From Pachysolen tannophilus NRRL Y-2460 (Eukaryota): 64,000 nt of DNA. Position 1 is the first letter of the stretch. Each line of letters begins with the position of its first letter. The notes below the pieces were generated by a model that did no database searches, had not been told where the DNA came from, and saw only the letters and a program-made list of their open reading frames with translations. A program made the position numbers and the translations under genes. This document shows positions 20,155 through 31,717 of this stretch, one piece after another. The DNA lies in the NCBI GenBank assembly GCA_001661245.1, contig KV454018.1, positions 439,944 through 503,943 on the forward strand, written 5' to 3'.

Positions 20155-22974
20155 TTAGACAACAGTTTCGTAGAGTCTTTTTTTAGCCTTTTTAGCTTCA
20201 AAGTCTCTTTGATCATATTCATCAACGAATTCGGTGTTGTGGTTTAAGTTCCATTGATTTCTTAAAAATTTCAATCCAACCAAATTAAATCCTAAAGAAT
20301 CAACATTTTCTTGTAATTGTGATCTTAATTGTTTTTTCAAATTAATGATTTGTTTTTTTAAATCATCATTTCTTTGTGAAGCCAATTCTTTAAAATTTGT
20401 TCTAATAATGAAAAATAAAACCTTGCAGAAAAGTTGTAAATTGATAATATTATGAGATATATTTTCATTATTTGTCCAAATTTGAATAAATTTTAACAAA
20501 TTTAGTGAGTATGAAAAGGGTAATACTAATAATGCATCTTCTAATTGTGCAGCTCTAATTTTTAAAATTGTTTGTAATAAATATTCATCCAGAGTCAAAT
20601 TTAATGCTCTTAATATTGGATTCGAATTAGGCTCATTTGCTGAAGCTATATCCAAAGCCTCTATTAATTTTTCACCTGCTTTTAAAGATTCCATTGTCTG
20701 TTTGTGTATCCTAGTGGCTTCATCATCAATAACTTCCTCGCCACCTTCTTCGGTACCGGTGGTCTTTGCTATTGGTTGTTCATCACCTTCACCTTCTAAA
20801 GAAGCCAACAAAGTTGATTCATATTGCTCGTCCATTTCCTTTTCACGTTCTTCTTCAATGAAAACTTGATCATCAGTTATTGCCCAAACTCTAATACTGT
20901 GATCATGTGAAGAACTTACCAAGAATTCTCCGTCGCTACTAACTGCTAAAGACCAAACTTCTGATTGATGCAGAGCTAGTTTTTGAATACATTCAAATTT
21001 ATCACCATCCCAATATTTAATTAGTCCATCTTTACCTGCACTGAAAAAATTATGTGAATTTGGTATAAATTTAACATTCATAATAGAATCTTGATGTCCG
21101 AAAATTGATTTATGACAATCACCAAAATCCAACCCCCATATTTTGATATTTTTATCAGCAGAAGAAGTTATAATAAGTTTAGAATCAAAAGAAATATCAA
21201 TTGATAATACTGGTAACTTATGTCCATATAAACTTAAGAAAAATTTCAAACTATCGAAAAAGAAAACTTTAACAGTATTATCCAATAATGATACAGCCAA
21301 TAATTTAGAATCTGGAGAAATTCTAATACTAAGAATATCATCATTTAATTCTAAAGTTTTACTATGGAATAATTTCATCTTTGGAATCAATCTTTCTGTA
21401 CCTGGAACAAGTTCATTTTCAATTTTAAAATCCCAAAATTTAACTGTCTTATCAGCTGATCCTGTGACTAAACTCTTACCATCATTGCTTATGTCTAATG
21501 ACCAAATAGCACCTCCGTGAGCTTCACTTACAGACTCTAATAGAGTAGATGATGCTAAGTCGTACAATTCAATTTCACCATTTCTAGTACCAATAACTAC
21601 CAATGTACCTCCTGGTAAAAATTTACATGTTAATGCATAACCACATTCAAAAGTCCTGATACAATTTGTAAGTTTAATATTCCAAATTTTTAACAATCCA
21701 TTTGATGAAGTGGCCAAAAGCTTATTATCATCACTAAGATCAATAGATCTAACATCTGTTCTATGACCTTGTAACTCGATTGAATATTGTTTCAATGGTT
21801 GAATAGAATCACTGTTACTTGATAATTTCTTGATACTTTCAGGTAATGAAACCCTATAATATTCAATAGAATTGTTATTCAATGAAATTAAAATTTCTAA
21901 ATTTTTTAAATTTGATAACAAAGACCATTGACAACTTTTAACTTTGGCAGGACATCTAATAATTGTAAAACTTGTAACTGTCATGTTTATTTCTGAATTT
22001 TTAAAACTTTCTTCAATTTCTAAATCATCATAACCTTTTTCTTTTAATCTTTTCTCTCTTTTCAACTTTGCCTTTTTAATTTCATCTTCAGTTCTTATTC
22101 TAAAAATTTCAATCGTCTTGTCAGAATTTTGAGTATAAAAAAATAATAATTTATCATTTAATTTTTTAAATGAAATATCAATACATCTTGATTTACTTTG
22201 TTTTTCAAATATTCCAATTTCAATTATTTTAGTAGTATCTTGATTTAAATCAATTTTCCAAAATTTTAATTGATTTTCAATACCACTAGTTATACAAAAT
22301 TGTTTCTCATATATTCCTAAAGACCAACACTCACCCGAATGAGCAACATGTGTTTCAACGCATTGTTGAGATTTTAAATCCCATAACTTAATTAATCCAT
22401 CTTTTGAAGTACTCAAGAGCCAATCTTCCAATTCATCATCACTGGCCATATCATCTTCGGATAAAAACTGCAACCCTGTAATTTGATCTTTATGTGATTT
22501 CAATTTAAATAATCCAACTTCACCAACAAGGTCCCATAGCATTATGGTCGAATCTTTTGACCCAGAACATAACCTTGTACCAGTTCTATCAAATTTCAAT
22601 ATTGTTATAGATGATTTATGTCCAGTAAAATTTATTAATACAGAATTGGAAGCCAAATCCCAAATTTTAATAACTCCATCTCTGTAACCTACTGCCAAAA
22701 TATTTGTTAAATCATGATACTGTAAATAAGTAATCTCTGAAGGTGGAGCTGAAGTAATTGAATTTGCAGCACCAGGCAGGATACCATCTCTCAATTTATC
22801 CAATAATTCACCTGCCTTAATATCCCATATTAAAATCTCTTCTAATCCCGCAGTAATGGCCCTACAACCTTTCAGCTTCGAACCCAAAGCAGAGCCCAAG
22901 CATAAAATGTTACTGTTAGAGGATAACACACCAAAACTACGCTCTTGTTCATATCTCTGGTATGACTTCACCAT
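20155..22974 (-). CDS. DIP2: SSU processome WD40 protein Dip2/Utp12
   Basis: MVKSYQRYEQ, multiple WD40 repeats, KFFLSLYGHKLPVLSIDIS, MESLKAGEKLIEAL, LEDALLVLPFSY. Confidence 0.97.
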   Translation of the reverse strand: MVKSYQRYEQERSFGVLSSNSNILCLGSALGSKLKGCRAITAGLEEILIWDIKAGELLDKLRDGILPGAANSITSAPPSEITYLQYHDLTNILAVGYRDGVIKIWDLASNSVLINFTGHKSSITILKFDRTGTRLCSGSKDSTIMLWDLVGEVGLFKLKSHKDQITGLQFLSEDDMASDDELEDWLLSTSKDGLIKLWDLKSQQCVETHVAHSGECWSLGIYEKQFCITSGIENQLKFWKIDLNQDTTKIIEIGIFEKQSKSRCIDISFKKLNDKLLFFYTQNSDKTIEIFRIRTEDEIKKAKLKREKRLKEKGYDDLEIEESFKNSEINMTVTSFTIIRCPAKVKSCQWSLLSNLKNLEILISLNNNSIEYYRVSLPESIKKLSSNSDSIQPLKQYSIELQGHRTDVRSIDLSDDNKLLATSSNGLLKIWNIKLTNCIRTFECGYALTCKFLPGGTLVVIGTRNGEIELYDLASSTLLESVSEAHGGAIWSLDISNDGKSLVTGSADKTVKFWDFKIENELVPGTERLIPKMKLFHSKTLELNDDILSIRISPDSKLLAVSLLDNTVKVFFFDSLKFFLSLYGHKLPVLSIDISFDSKLIITSSADKNIKIWGLDFGDCHKSIFGHQDSIMNVKFIPNSHNFFSAGKDGLIKYWDGDKFECIQKLALHQSEVWSLAVSSDGEFLVSSSHDHSIRVWAITDDQVFIEEEREKEMDEQYESTLLASLEGEGDEQPIAKTTGTEEGGEEVIDDEATRIHKQTMESLKAGEKLIEALDIASANEPNSNPILRALNLTLDEYLLQTILKIRAAQLEDALLVLPFSYSLNLLKFIQIWTNNENISHNIINLQLFCKVLFFIIRTNFKELASQRNDDLKKQIINLKKQLRSQLQENVDSLGFNLVGLKFLRNQWNLNHNTEFVDEYDQRDFEAKKAKKRLYETVV

Positions 22975-23023
22975 TTCTTAATTTTTACCAATATAATACT
23001 ATTTTCATCTATACACTTAAAAG

Positions 23024-23034
23024 TGAAAATTTTT
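23024..23034. promoter_or_regulatory. RRPE-like element upstream of DIP2
   Basis: TGAAAATTTTT about 50 nt upstream of a ribosome-biogenesis gene. Confidence 0.55.
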
Positions 23035-23272
23035 TTTTTTTATTTTTCTTTTTTTTGTAGTAGTAGTACAACAACAACAATAGCTTCAAAGATATAGTTT
23101 GAAGAGATGAATTGCCTAAAACGTCTATTTGTGTAAATGAGCACTACCTTTTATGTGTTTTTGGTTGAAATTTTTTGGTTTGGTGATGGCTAACTAGCTA
23201 GTTAGGAAGTGGTGGCTAGTAGCAGGTGGCTAGCTAGTTAGCTAGCTGGTAGTTGGATTGTTTATTTCGGAA

Positions 23273-24189
23273 TCATACCAAGTGACTGTCTTTACAATAT
23301 TCAACAAACTGGTCCATGAGACTGGGCCAAGCAGCTGATTCGTCATATGTTTCTAGATTTGGATGCTCTTCCCAATATTGCATGAACAAGTACAACATTT
23401 GCCATTGATCTCTTGATATAGCAAAGTTGTGTTCATTTTCAATAAATTTTATAAAAGTCTCTATCTTTTCTTGTCCAAATGTTTTGGTTAACAACAATCT
23501 CCAATATTCTACTGCCACATCAGGTGGTAAACTTCTTTGATTTTCTTCTAAAGAATATGTAAATGCAAAATCATAAATTTTTCGAAGAAATTTTGGGTCA
23601 TTGAACATTAAATCCTGAAATTCTAACAATTTTTTCCTCATCTTTGGTATTGAATTAATATTCAGATTTGACCAGTTATTAATGAATTTTTTTTTAAGAA
23701 AAACTCCAGTTGTCGGAGATTCCAAAAATTCTGCTAATGCTAGCACAACAGCATTTTCAGGTTCAAATCCTAAGTCTTGAATATATTTGAAAGTACCATC
23801 AATTCCGATCTGTTCATCATTTTCTAATAAAGTGTTAGTAAAAATTCTTAATTTCTTAATATTAGTTCCACCGCTTTCTCTTGTATATATTTGTTTTTTA
23901 TTTTTTTGTTGTTTCCTGTTTTCTTTAACTTACCCTTATACTGGTTGAATATTTCCTCTAAATCTTCAAAGTACTTGTTATCCTCTAAAGTTTTACCTTT
24001 ATGAATACTATAATAATAATCTACTGAAACATTGAGATCCCAATCATTCGATGACAATATCTTGGTAGCAATTTTCGGATCAGCATCTGTTATTTCAATG
24101 AATTTGCTCTTTATAGCTCGTTGGGAGGGCTTTAAAACATGTTAGCATCTAAAATTACAATAAAAGGAAAATATAATCAAACTTACCAT
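23273..24189 (-). CDS. DCN1: Cullin neddylation E3 Dcn1, three exons: 24189-24187 (ATG only), 24129-23934, 23823-23273
   Basis: Intron 1 is 24186-24130 (GTAAGT..TGCTAAC..AAG) and intron 2 is 23933-23824 (GTAAGT..TACTAAC..TAG). The spliced protein has a UBA-like N-terminus (FIEIT..NDWDLNVSVDYY), IGIDGTFKYIQDLG, AISRDQWQM and YDESAAWPSLMDQFVEY. Confidence 0.93.
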
Positions 24190-24441
24190 TCTACTCTTTA
24201 AACCACTTGATTCTATCTTTTAAAATTGGTTCTTTTTCCAATCAATTATAAAATTTGATGGTTTTTTCTTTTGTTTTTTTATTTTTTGTTTTTTTTTGTT
24301 TCTTTTTTGTTATTAAAAAAATAACCGCTCATGTAAACACACAAAGAAAAACAAACAAACAAATTATATAATTAATTAATTAATTATTTAATTAATTAAC
24401 AAATTGAAGCAAGATAAACGGGATCTTCTGCTGGGTATAAG

Positions 24442-26685
24442 ATGATGACTTTATCGTCTAGTCATCAGAGGCCAATAGATACTCTGACTTTATTGAATAT
24501 TTTCCCGAATTGTTCTATTATTCAGGAAGATTATGTGCCTCAAAGTTTAAATAATGATTTGAATCACATTATCGAATTTATAAATTATGGTCTTAGTCAT
24601 GAGATTAGAGATCAACCTAATAATCGGGTTAAGCAGGCGCTTAAATCTTTGTTTAGCAATAATATGGGCGGTAAATTATTGGATATATATATTGATATGA
24701 TTAGGCAAAAAGTTTGTCATAATAATGGTGGTGATGATGATCATGATGATCATGATGGTGATGATGATAGTAGTAGTATAGTTTCCACTGTACGGACCAT
24801 TGGGTTAAATAAAGACAAGTTCTTGCATATTGCTAAACAATTACAATTTAATTATATACAGATTCAGATTTTTGAGAGGAGTTGTAATTCTGTGTTTCAA
24901 ACAATCATACAGAAGAATAATTATTTATCAAATCAAATTTCCAATCTTTTCAAAAATAAGCTTTTTTCTAAAAATGATGGTAAGGAAGATTTATTAATAA
25001 TTAAATCAACTTTACAATATATTGGGTTAAAACAACATATGAATGAGATTATAATAAATGTTTCAATTAATTATATATATAATTTTATAAATCATAATTT
25101 TGGTTCTAGATGGGAGGAACCTTCGATGAATATTCTTCTGAATTGGTCTTCTTCAGTGTTATATCCAACTCTTACAAATTTTATAACAAGTGATGAATTT
25201 AATATTGAAATTTTAAATCAATTAGTTAAAAATGAATTGGTGAAATTAAGAACAAAAGAAGCATTTGATATTATTGTTGATTATCCTGATTCATTGGCAA
25301 CTTTAAAAGAATTAAAATATTGTATCACTACACAAAAGCAAAGACAACACTTGGTAAATACATTTATAGATTCATGCAATAAGAGATTATTACATGCAGG
25401 TGCTAACACAATTGATATAATTAAATGTTATTTGTCAACGATAAAATCATTTTTAATTATTGATCCAAGAGGTGTCTTACTTGATAAAGTATGCAGACCA
25501 ATAAGAAGTTATTTAAAAGATCGTGATGATACAATAGAAAAAATAGTTCATGGTTTATTAGATGACAGTGAGGATAATGAATTGAATGATTTGGCTCAAG
25601 AACTAAGAAATAGTAATGATTATATTACACCTAAAATTGATGACTTGAACGATTTGAATTGGACCCCAGATCCTATTGATGCATTACCTGATTTTAGAAA
25701 AGGTAATGATCTTATAGAATCATTAATTTCAATTTTTGATTCTAAAGATATTTTCATTTCCGAATTCATGGACGTTTTTTGTAGTGATTTGTTGAATTTA
25801 ACCGATTATAATGTTACAGATGCATTGTTGAAATTAGAATTGTTAAAATTAAGATTTGGGGAACGTGAATTTAATTCTTTGGATGTTATGGTCAAAGATT
25901 TAATTGAAAGTAAAAGAATTGATCATACAATTCATTTGGAACTTGATGAAAGGAACAAAGATAATGGTATTTTCCATTCAACAGTTTTATCATACTTGTA
26001 TTGGCCAAATGGTGCTAAAAGTGAAGAAGAATTTGTATTACCAACTCAATTGAATAATATTTTTACCAATTATTGTTCACATTTTGAGAAATTGAAACAA
26101 GGTAGGAAATTAAAATTATTTTCAAACAAAGGGAATGTTGAATTAGATTTAGAGTTTGATGATAATAGAAAATTCACTTTCAATGTTTCCCCAGATAAGG
26201 CAAGTATAATTCATTTATTTAGTTCAAAAGAACAAGAAAACATAAAAGAATTATCTATTGATGAAATTATGAATGAATTACAAATGTCAGAACTTTTAGC
26301 TAAACGAGCAATTGCTTTTTGGATTAAAAACCAGATTTTGTTAGAAACAAAATCTGGTCATTATAAAATATTAAATTCATTGGACGAATTATCAGAGAAG
26401 GAAAAAGTTGGAGGTACTATCAACAACTACTATTCGACAGAAGTAGGGATAAAGGCTGACCTGGAAGAAGAAGCAGTTAAATTGAAATATTGGCCTTTCA
26501 TCGAAGGTATGCTTAAAAATCTTGGTAATATGGAATTGACAAAAATTCATAGTTTTTTGAAAATGGTTGTGCCGAAGGACAATGGTAATGGATATAATTT
26601 AAGTGAAAAGCAATTGAAAGAGTATTTAGATAATGAAGTTAAAGTAGAAATTGATGGGAACGGATATAAATTAGCTAAAAGATGA
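24442..26685 (+). CDS. APC2: Anaphase-promoting complex cullin-like subunit Apc2
   Basis: FDIIVDYPDS, RLLHAGANT, IDPRGVLLDKV, LNWTPDPIDA, WPFIEGMLKNLG. Confidence 0.95.
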   Translation: MMTLSSSHQRPIDTLTLLNIFPNCSIIQEDYVPQSLNNDLNHIIEFINYGLSHEIRDQPNNRVKQALKSLFSNNMGGKLLDIYIDMIRQKVCHNNGGDDDHDDHDGDDDSSSIVSTVRTIGLNKDKFLHIAKQLQFNYIQIQIFERSCNSVFQTIIQKNNYLSNQISNLFKNKLFSKNDGKEDLLIIKSTLQYIGLKQHMNEIIINVSINYIYNFINHNFGSRWEEPSMNILLNWSSSVLYPTLTNFITSDEFNIEILNQLVKNELVKLRTKEAFDIIVDYPDSLATLKELKYCITTQKQRQHLVNTFIDSCNKRLLHAGANTIDIIKCYLSTIKSFLIIDPRGVLLDKVCRPIRSYLKDRDDTIEKIVHGLLDDSEDNELNDLAQELRNSNDYITPKIDDLNDLNWTPDPIDALPDFRKGNDLIESLISIFDSKDIFISEFMDVFCSDLLNLTDYNVTDALLKLELLKLRFGEREFNSLDVMVKDLIESKRIDHTIHLELDERNKDNGIFHSTVLSYLYWPNGAKSEEEFVLPTQLNNIFTNYCSHFEKLKQGRKLKLFSNKGNVELDLEFDDNRKFTFNVSPDKASIIHLFSSKEQENIKELSIDEIMNELQMSELLAKRAIAFWIKNQILLETKSGHYKILNSLDELSEKEKVGGTINNYYSTEVGIKADLEEEAVKLKYWPFIEGMLKNLGNMELTKIHSFLKMVVPKDNGNGYNLSEKQLKEYLDNEVKVEIDGNGYKLAKR

Positions 26686-26809
26686 AAGAAAATCAGGAAT
26701 TTTTATTATTATTATTATTTTTATTACATTTTTACTTAATAGATGAAATATTAATTTTCAAAACTTTTAATGACTCTAATTTAATTATTATCTATAAAAA
26801 TACAAATTA

Positions 26810-29800
26810 TTAAACTGTGGTTTCTAAAACTTTTTCTACTATTTCTAAAACATCATTTCCAGTAAAATCGACATTATCACTGTTACCAGGAACGGCCAAT
26901 TTTTGGGCAATAATATTATCCAATAATATTCTCAATTGTTTAATTAAGACGGCATTCTTGCACCATGTCCTAATAGGTAACCAATTATCCAACACAATAA
27001 AAGATGATGAATTGATCAGCCCCAAATCGTAAGTTATTGATCCACCAAACAACAACACAGAAAGAGTTGATGTAGGAGTTATATCACGAAGATATAATTT
27101 TGTAGTATGTTGTGATGATTGATATGCAATAAATGCAGACTTTGACAACAAGTTATCTTTATTTTTAGAAACACGTTGAGCAGATGGAGTAAAATCGTAA
27201 TCTTCTGATACAGAAATTTCGTCCCCTTGAATATTTCCCCCATTACCAGAAAATAAAACTGATGAAGGATGAATAAAAGCTCTTGTCGCCGGTAATTCCT
27301 TGTTTTCTTTTTCCTTATCTCTATCAATATGTGCATTGGAGTTAGTTGGTATTCCAGTATAGTTTTCATTCCGGATCCATAGTTTTATATTTTTAGCATC
27401 TGGATCCATTGCGATTGCTCCAGAACTACTTGAAGAGTATTTTGTATCCGGTAACTCAACTCTTGAAATTTGAGGATAAAATGATCCTGTTATAATTGCC
27501 CTTATGACATTAGAGTTATTCCTATTTCTGTTCAAATAGGTGGAATCAGAAGAATACTTGAATGGGATAAAGCCTAATTCTCTTAAAATAGAGACGTATT
27601 GTGCTCTTGTAGATTCAATGTCCTTCATTTTCCTGTATGACAAATAGTTGTTGTCCAACCAATTTTTCAAATAACTTGAAGATGCTTTCTCTTTAATCAA
27701 CTCATGATATTTATCGTAAGAATTAACAATTGCCATCAAATCGCCTTGACCGTTGCTAAAAGAATTTTGAACTTTCTTAACAATTTCTCTTTTTTCAAAA
27801 TTATTTATAAAAGTGCTACCGTTTGTTGATATCGACGCCAATGTCAAACAGATATCTAAGCAACCAAAAATAGTACCAAAAATTAACAATTTACCTGATT
27901 GTAGATCAGTCGGTAACATGGACAAGTAAGAACCTAAATTTGTCAAATTATCATCAACAATAGCGCCAATTTCTTCCAAAAACTGCTTCGATTTTATCAA
28001 GGATTCTTCCTCTGGTGGATCTATGTTGTTTTTAAGAAAACTGGACACATCGCTGATTCCCATTGATTTAACAATCAAATAAACATTTTCCAATCTAGTT
28101 CTTTTAATTTCCGGAATAGGTTGGCTCAACATATTTGACTCTGTTTCTTTTGTATATAATCTATAGCAGTTACCATCCCTCACACGGCCAGATCTACCTC
28201 TTCTTTGGTTTACTTCTGCTTTTGAGCACCAATTTTCTATTAATTTTGTTGTGTTTAACTTTGCATCATAAAATAGAGATTTGGATCTACCAGAATCAAT
28301 TACAGCAACGACATCCGGGATGGTGATAGAAGTTTCTGCAACATTTGTTGAAACGACAACTTTCCTGACACTGTTCGAAGAAGGAATCTGAAAAACCTTT
28401 TTCTGATCATTGGAAGATAATGCAGAATGTAGCGGTAATAAAAACAATTTCCTACCATGATTATTGAAACTATTATCAATATTTCTAATGCACTGATTGA
28501 TCTCCATAATACCTGGTAAAAATATCAATATAGAACCAAAATTTGATTCATTAGCCATATCCTTATCTACTTTGATCACCAACTTGGAGATCAAATCATA
28601 ATTAATATTTCCAGTAGCAAAAAATTTCGAGCTTGCCTTTGGTCTTAGTTCTCCTTCCTCTCCATTCATATAATTTTCAGCATTATTACTTTTTATGGTG
28701 AAATCGATGTCTTCCAAAATTTCATCCAAATAGTAGTCCTTAATAGGAAAAGTCCTACCTGAAATATGGACATGAGACAATTGATCATCAAAGAAGCTTT
28801 TGAATACAGATATGTTGATCGTAGCTGACATTAAAATGATTTTTAAATGAGGATAATTTGATCTAATTTTTTTCAAAATTATTAAAAGAAAATCACTATC
28901 AATGGATCTTTCATGTACTTCATCTATGAAAATGTAGCCCACGCTATCGAAAACTTTGGATGATGAAGCGTCTTTATTCATTAATAGTCCTTGAATCATT
29001 CTTAATAGAACTCCCGTAGTTACAAAAGAAATCCTAGTTCTATTGGAAGTTTTATTTTCACCTCTAATGATATAACCAGTTTCTTCGCCGCATTTCTCAC
29101 ATCTTTCCTCTGAAATTCTTTCCGCTAAACCTATTGTAGAAATACGTCTAGGTTGGGTGCATAAGATAGAATGATTAAAATCTCCTTTAGAATTCATGTA
29201 GTCTAAAATAAACTGAACAATTTGAGTAGATTTACCTGAACCGGTTTCACCAGTTACTAAAGTAACTTTATTAGAATTAATAATTTCAATTAGTTCATCT
29301 TTTTTAGACCAAGCTGGTAATTTTGATCTTTTCAGTAATGATTGTAAGACTTCTGAAGATTTTAGCTTCAATTCGTATTTTGTTTTTAATTCTTCTGTAT
29401 TATCAATAGTTTGAAATGTTCTGTTAGATTTCTTATTGGATTTCCTAGTGGTATTATCAGGGATTACTTGATTTCTTTCAAATTTATGAATTTTCTTTAA
29501 ATTTGGATCAAACAATGGGCCCGGATCTTCAATGATCTGAGAGATATTTTCATTTAACCAGTCCACACACGAATGAATAATACAATCTCCTAGTAACTCA
29601 TAGTTTATGATATACTTTAATAATTTTTGAATAATAGAGATTTTGATATAACTTGCCAATTTGTAAGAAGAATTATTAACCACCAAGTACAATCCCGGAA
29701 TTGAATTTGGGTATTTCTGAGATTTATAAACTTTCAAGCTCAACAATCCAGGTTTCAAATGTTCTGGATTCAATTTAATTTCAATTGTTTGCTCATCAAT

Positions 29801-31060
29801 TTTTTTCATAAAATCTTTTCCATAAATTATTTCTAAACTTTCAGTTTCCTGATCCCATAATTCTTGAGAATCATTCAGAGCTAAGGCTTTAGATTCATCA
29901 TAATCATCTATTAGGGTTTGTGTTAAATATTCTGCGGCAAGAACTTCGTTATCTTTAAACTTTTTCAATGCAACTAAAATTTCATTTTTATTAAACCCAC
30001 CTTCGGATAATCTCTTCATTATATATTCTTTTTGCAATTCCCCTGTGACTTTCAAAGACAAATTAGCATCTCTATTTTCAAAATAAGAAGGTAAATCATC
30101 TTCTGGAATATGGAAAATGAGCCATTCTAAAGTTTCAGTTAAAGAATTGGTATAATTTAATGCTTCCTCAATGTGAACTTTTCTAAAGCCAAGTTTATCC
30201 AATACTGGTATAAACGACTTCTTATCTTCATCATTTAATTTTGAGTCATGTGAAGTCCAATCAATATGAGACTTTATAGATGATTCTATCAATTCACGAG
30301 ACTCTGGTGATAAATCCATTGTGGTTGCATTTTCCCAAACTTTTCTTGGGAAAGTTGATCTAATAGCTGAAGTATGGTTATTTTTTTGATGAACAGGTTC
30401 AACTTCAGTTTTCGTAACTTTCTTTGATAATGTTTCCTTTGGCTTTTGAATTGATATTGCTATAGTAGGTTTTTTAATTTTTTCCTTATTCAGTTGTTGT
30501 AATTCTTTTTCTTTTTGCCTTTTCTCTTCAAATTTCCGTTGTTCCAAATGAGCACTAAAAGGATCTGAATTATATACAAGTTTGGCCCTTTCTGGATCCT
30601 GTTTTGTCAATTTTTTACGTTCTTCTTCTAATTGCACCCATATTTCTCTATGAGAAGGTGGTAAAATCATCTTGAGATTCTTATCAAATGCAATTCTGTG
30701 TAACACATACGTGGCGCTTAAGTTTCTCGCCACAACACTCTCTTCAGCAGGCTTTATTATATCTGTTGGAGGAACCATCCGAATATTTATCAATTCCTGA
30801 GTCTTTGGATTTGTCCATGTTAACGTAACCGTACATACATGTCTCGAAGCATTATCCAGTTTACAGAAAAAAGTTCTAATATCATAATTGACCCTCCCCC
30901 ATTTCCGCTTCTGGCAGTGCTCATTCAATAGTGCCACAGGTAACTTCCCTGTCCAGTTTTCAGTCTGTGTAACTGCTGCTTTGGCAATATTTCTCTTTGT
31001 CTTCAGATCTGGTACTTCTGGTTCAATTTTCTCTTCAACTCTCTTTGGTTTCTTCCCCAT
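26810..31060 (-). CDS. DEAH/RHA RNA helicase with UBA/RWD region (YLR419W/Ucp12/DHX57-like)
   Basis: WTGKLPVALLNEHCQKRKW, GETGSGKSTQ, CTQPRRIS, DEVHER, MSAT, STNVAETSITIPD, QRRGRSGR. Confidence 0.92.
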   Translation of the reverse strand: MGKKPKRVEEKIEPEVPDLKTKRNIAKAAVTQTENWTGKLPVALLNEHCQKRKWGRVNYDIRTFFCKLDNASRHVCTVTLTWTNPKTQELINIRMVPPTDIIKPAEESVVARNLSATYVLHRIAFDKNLKMILPPSHREIWVQLEEERKKLTKQDPERAKLVYNSDPFSAHLEQRKFEEKRQKEKELQQLNKEKIKKPTIAISIQKPKETLSKKVTKTEVEPVHQKNNHTSAIRSTFPRKVWENATTMDLSPESRELIESSIKSHIDWTSHDSKLNDEDKKSFIPVLDKLGFRKVHIEEALNYTNSLTETLEWLIFHIPEDDLPSYFENRDANLSLKVTGELQKEYIMKRLSEGGFNKNEILVALKKFKDNEVLAAEYLTQTLIDDYDESKALALNDSQELWDQETESLEIIYGKDFMKKIDEQTIEIKLNPEHLKPGLLSLKVYKSQKYPNSIPGLYLVVNNSSYKLASYIKISIIQKLLKYIINYELLGDCIIHSCVDWLNENISQIIEDPGPLFDPNLKKIHKFERNQVIPDNTTRKSNKKSNRTFQTIDNTEELKTKYELKLKSSEVLQSLLKRSKLPAWSKKDELIEIINSNKVTLVTGETGSGKSTQIVQFILDYMNSKGDFNHSILCTQPRRISTIGLAERISEERCEKCGEETGYIIRGENKTSNRTRISFVTTGVLLRMIQGLLMNKDASSSKVFDSVGYIFIDEVHERSIDSDFLLIILKKIRSNYPHLKIILMSATINISVFKSFFDDQLSHVHISGRTFPIKDYYLDEILEDIDFTIKSNNAENYMNGEEGELRPKASSKFFATGNINYDLISKLVIKVDKDMANESNFGSILIFLPGIMEINQCIRNIDNSFNNHGRKLFLLPLHSALSSNDQKKVFQIPSSNSVRKVVVSTNVAETSITIPDVVAVIDSGRSKSLFYDAKLNTTKLIENWCSKAEVNQRRGRSGRVRDGNCYRLYTKETESNMLSQPIPEIKRTRLENVYLIVKSMGISDVSSFLKNNIDPPEEESLIKSKQFLEEIGAIVDDNLTNLGSYLSMLPTDLQSGKLLIFGTIFGCLDICLTLASISTNGSTFINNFEKREIVKKVQNSFSNGQGDLMAIVNSYDKYHELIKEKASSSYLKNWLDNNYLSYRKMKDIESTRAQYVSILRELGFIPFKYSSDSTYLNRNRNNSNVIRAIITGSFYPQISRVELPDTKYSSSSSGAIAMDPDAKNIKLWIRNENYTGIPTNSNAHIDRDKEKENKELPATRAFIHPSSVLFSGNGGNIQGDEISVSEDYDFTPSAQRVSKNKDNLLSKSAFIAYQSSQHTTKLYLRDITPTSTLSVLLFGGSITYDLGLINSSSFIVLDNWLPIRTWCKNAVLIKQLRILLDNIIAQKLAVPGNSDNVDFTGNDVLEIVEKVLETTV

Positions 31061-31717
31061 CTTTTCTTCGTTTATTTTTTTTTCTCTGTTCTTTTGAGTT
31101 CCTTTTGCCTAACCAAAAAAATTCCCTTAACCACAAGAAAAAAAGAAAGCCTCGAACACTGTCCTTCAATCACCAAATCCTAGCAAAACCTCTCAACTTT
31201 ATTGTTTTTAATCTTGAATAAAGTCATCTTCCATATGATGGAAAATGGTTTTGAAAAATTCTATTACTCCCGCTGGAGAGAATGCAAAAATGGTCGTGGA
31301 TCCCCGGTAGCAAGCCGCCGCCCCAGCCCGCCCAAAACCAACCGTTTCTTGAACGGCCTAATCCTCTTACTAGTCCGCCTATTTGTCCGCCTACTTGTCT
31401 ACTTATTTTTCCGCCTATTTTTTTTGCTAGCCGCCCCCCCCCCCGTAGCCTTGAGGCCGCTGCCTTGCCGCCCTTCCCTCTCCAGAAATTCCGGCGAAAA
31501 AAACTATTGGGCGGAGAAATTTAGACGGAAGATTAGGCGGGAAGTCCGGCTGGAAATTCCTTTGGATTTCCTTGGGGAGTTCGTTGGTAGGTTTTGGTAT
31601 TTTCTTCTCATTTCTTGTACGCGTCTTAAAGCTCGATGCAGTTTTACCAATTTATATATATATATATATATTTATAAATATGATATTCACAAATTGATTT
31701 GGTTGGAATGTCTCATT

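Noticed and set aside
31202..31717. 172-codon N-terminal extension of the Rad55-like ORF
   Set aside because: Non-ATG start, crosses a TATA-like AT repeat and the CCGCC promoter array, and gives non-protein-like sequence.
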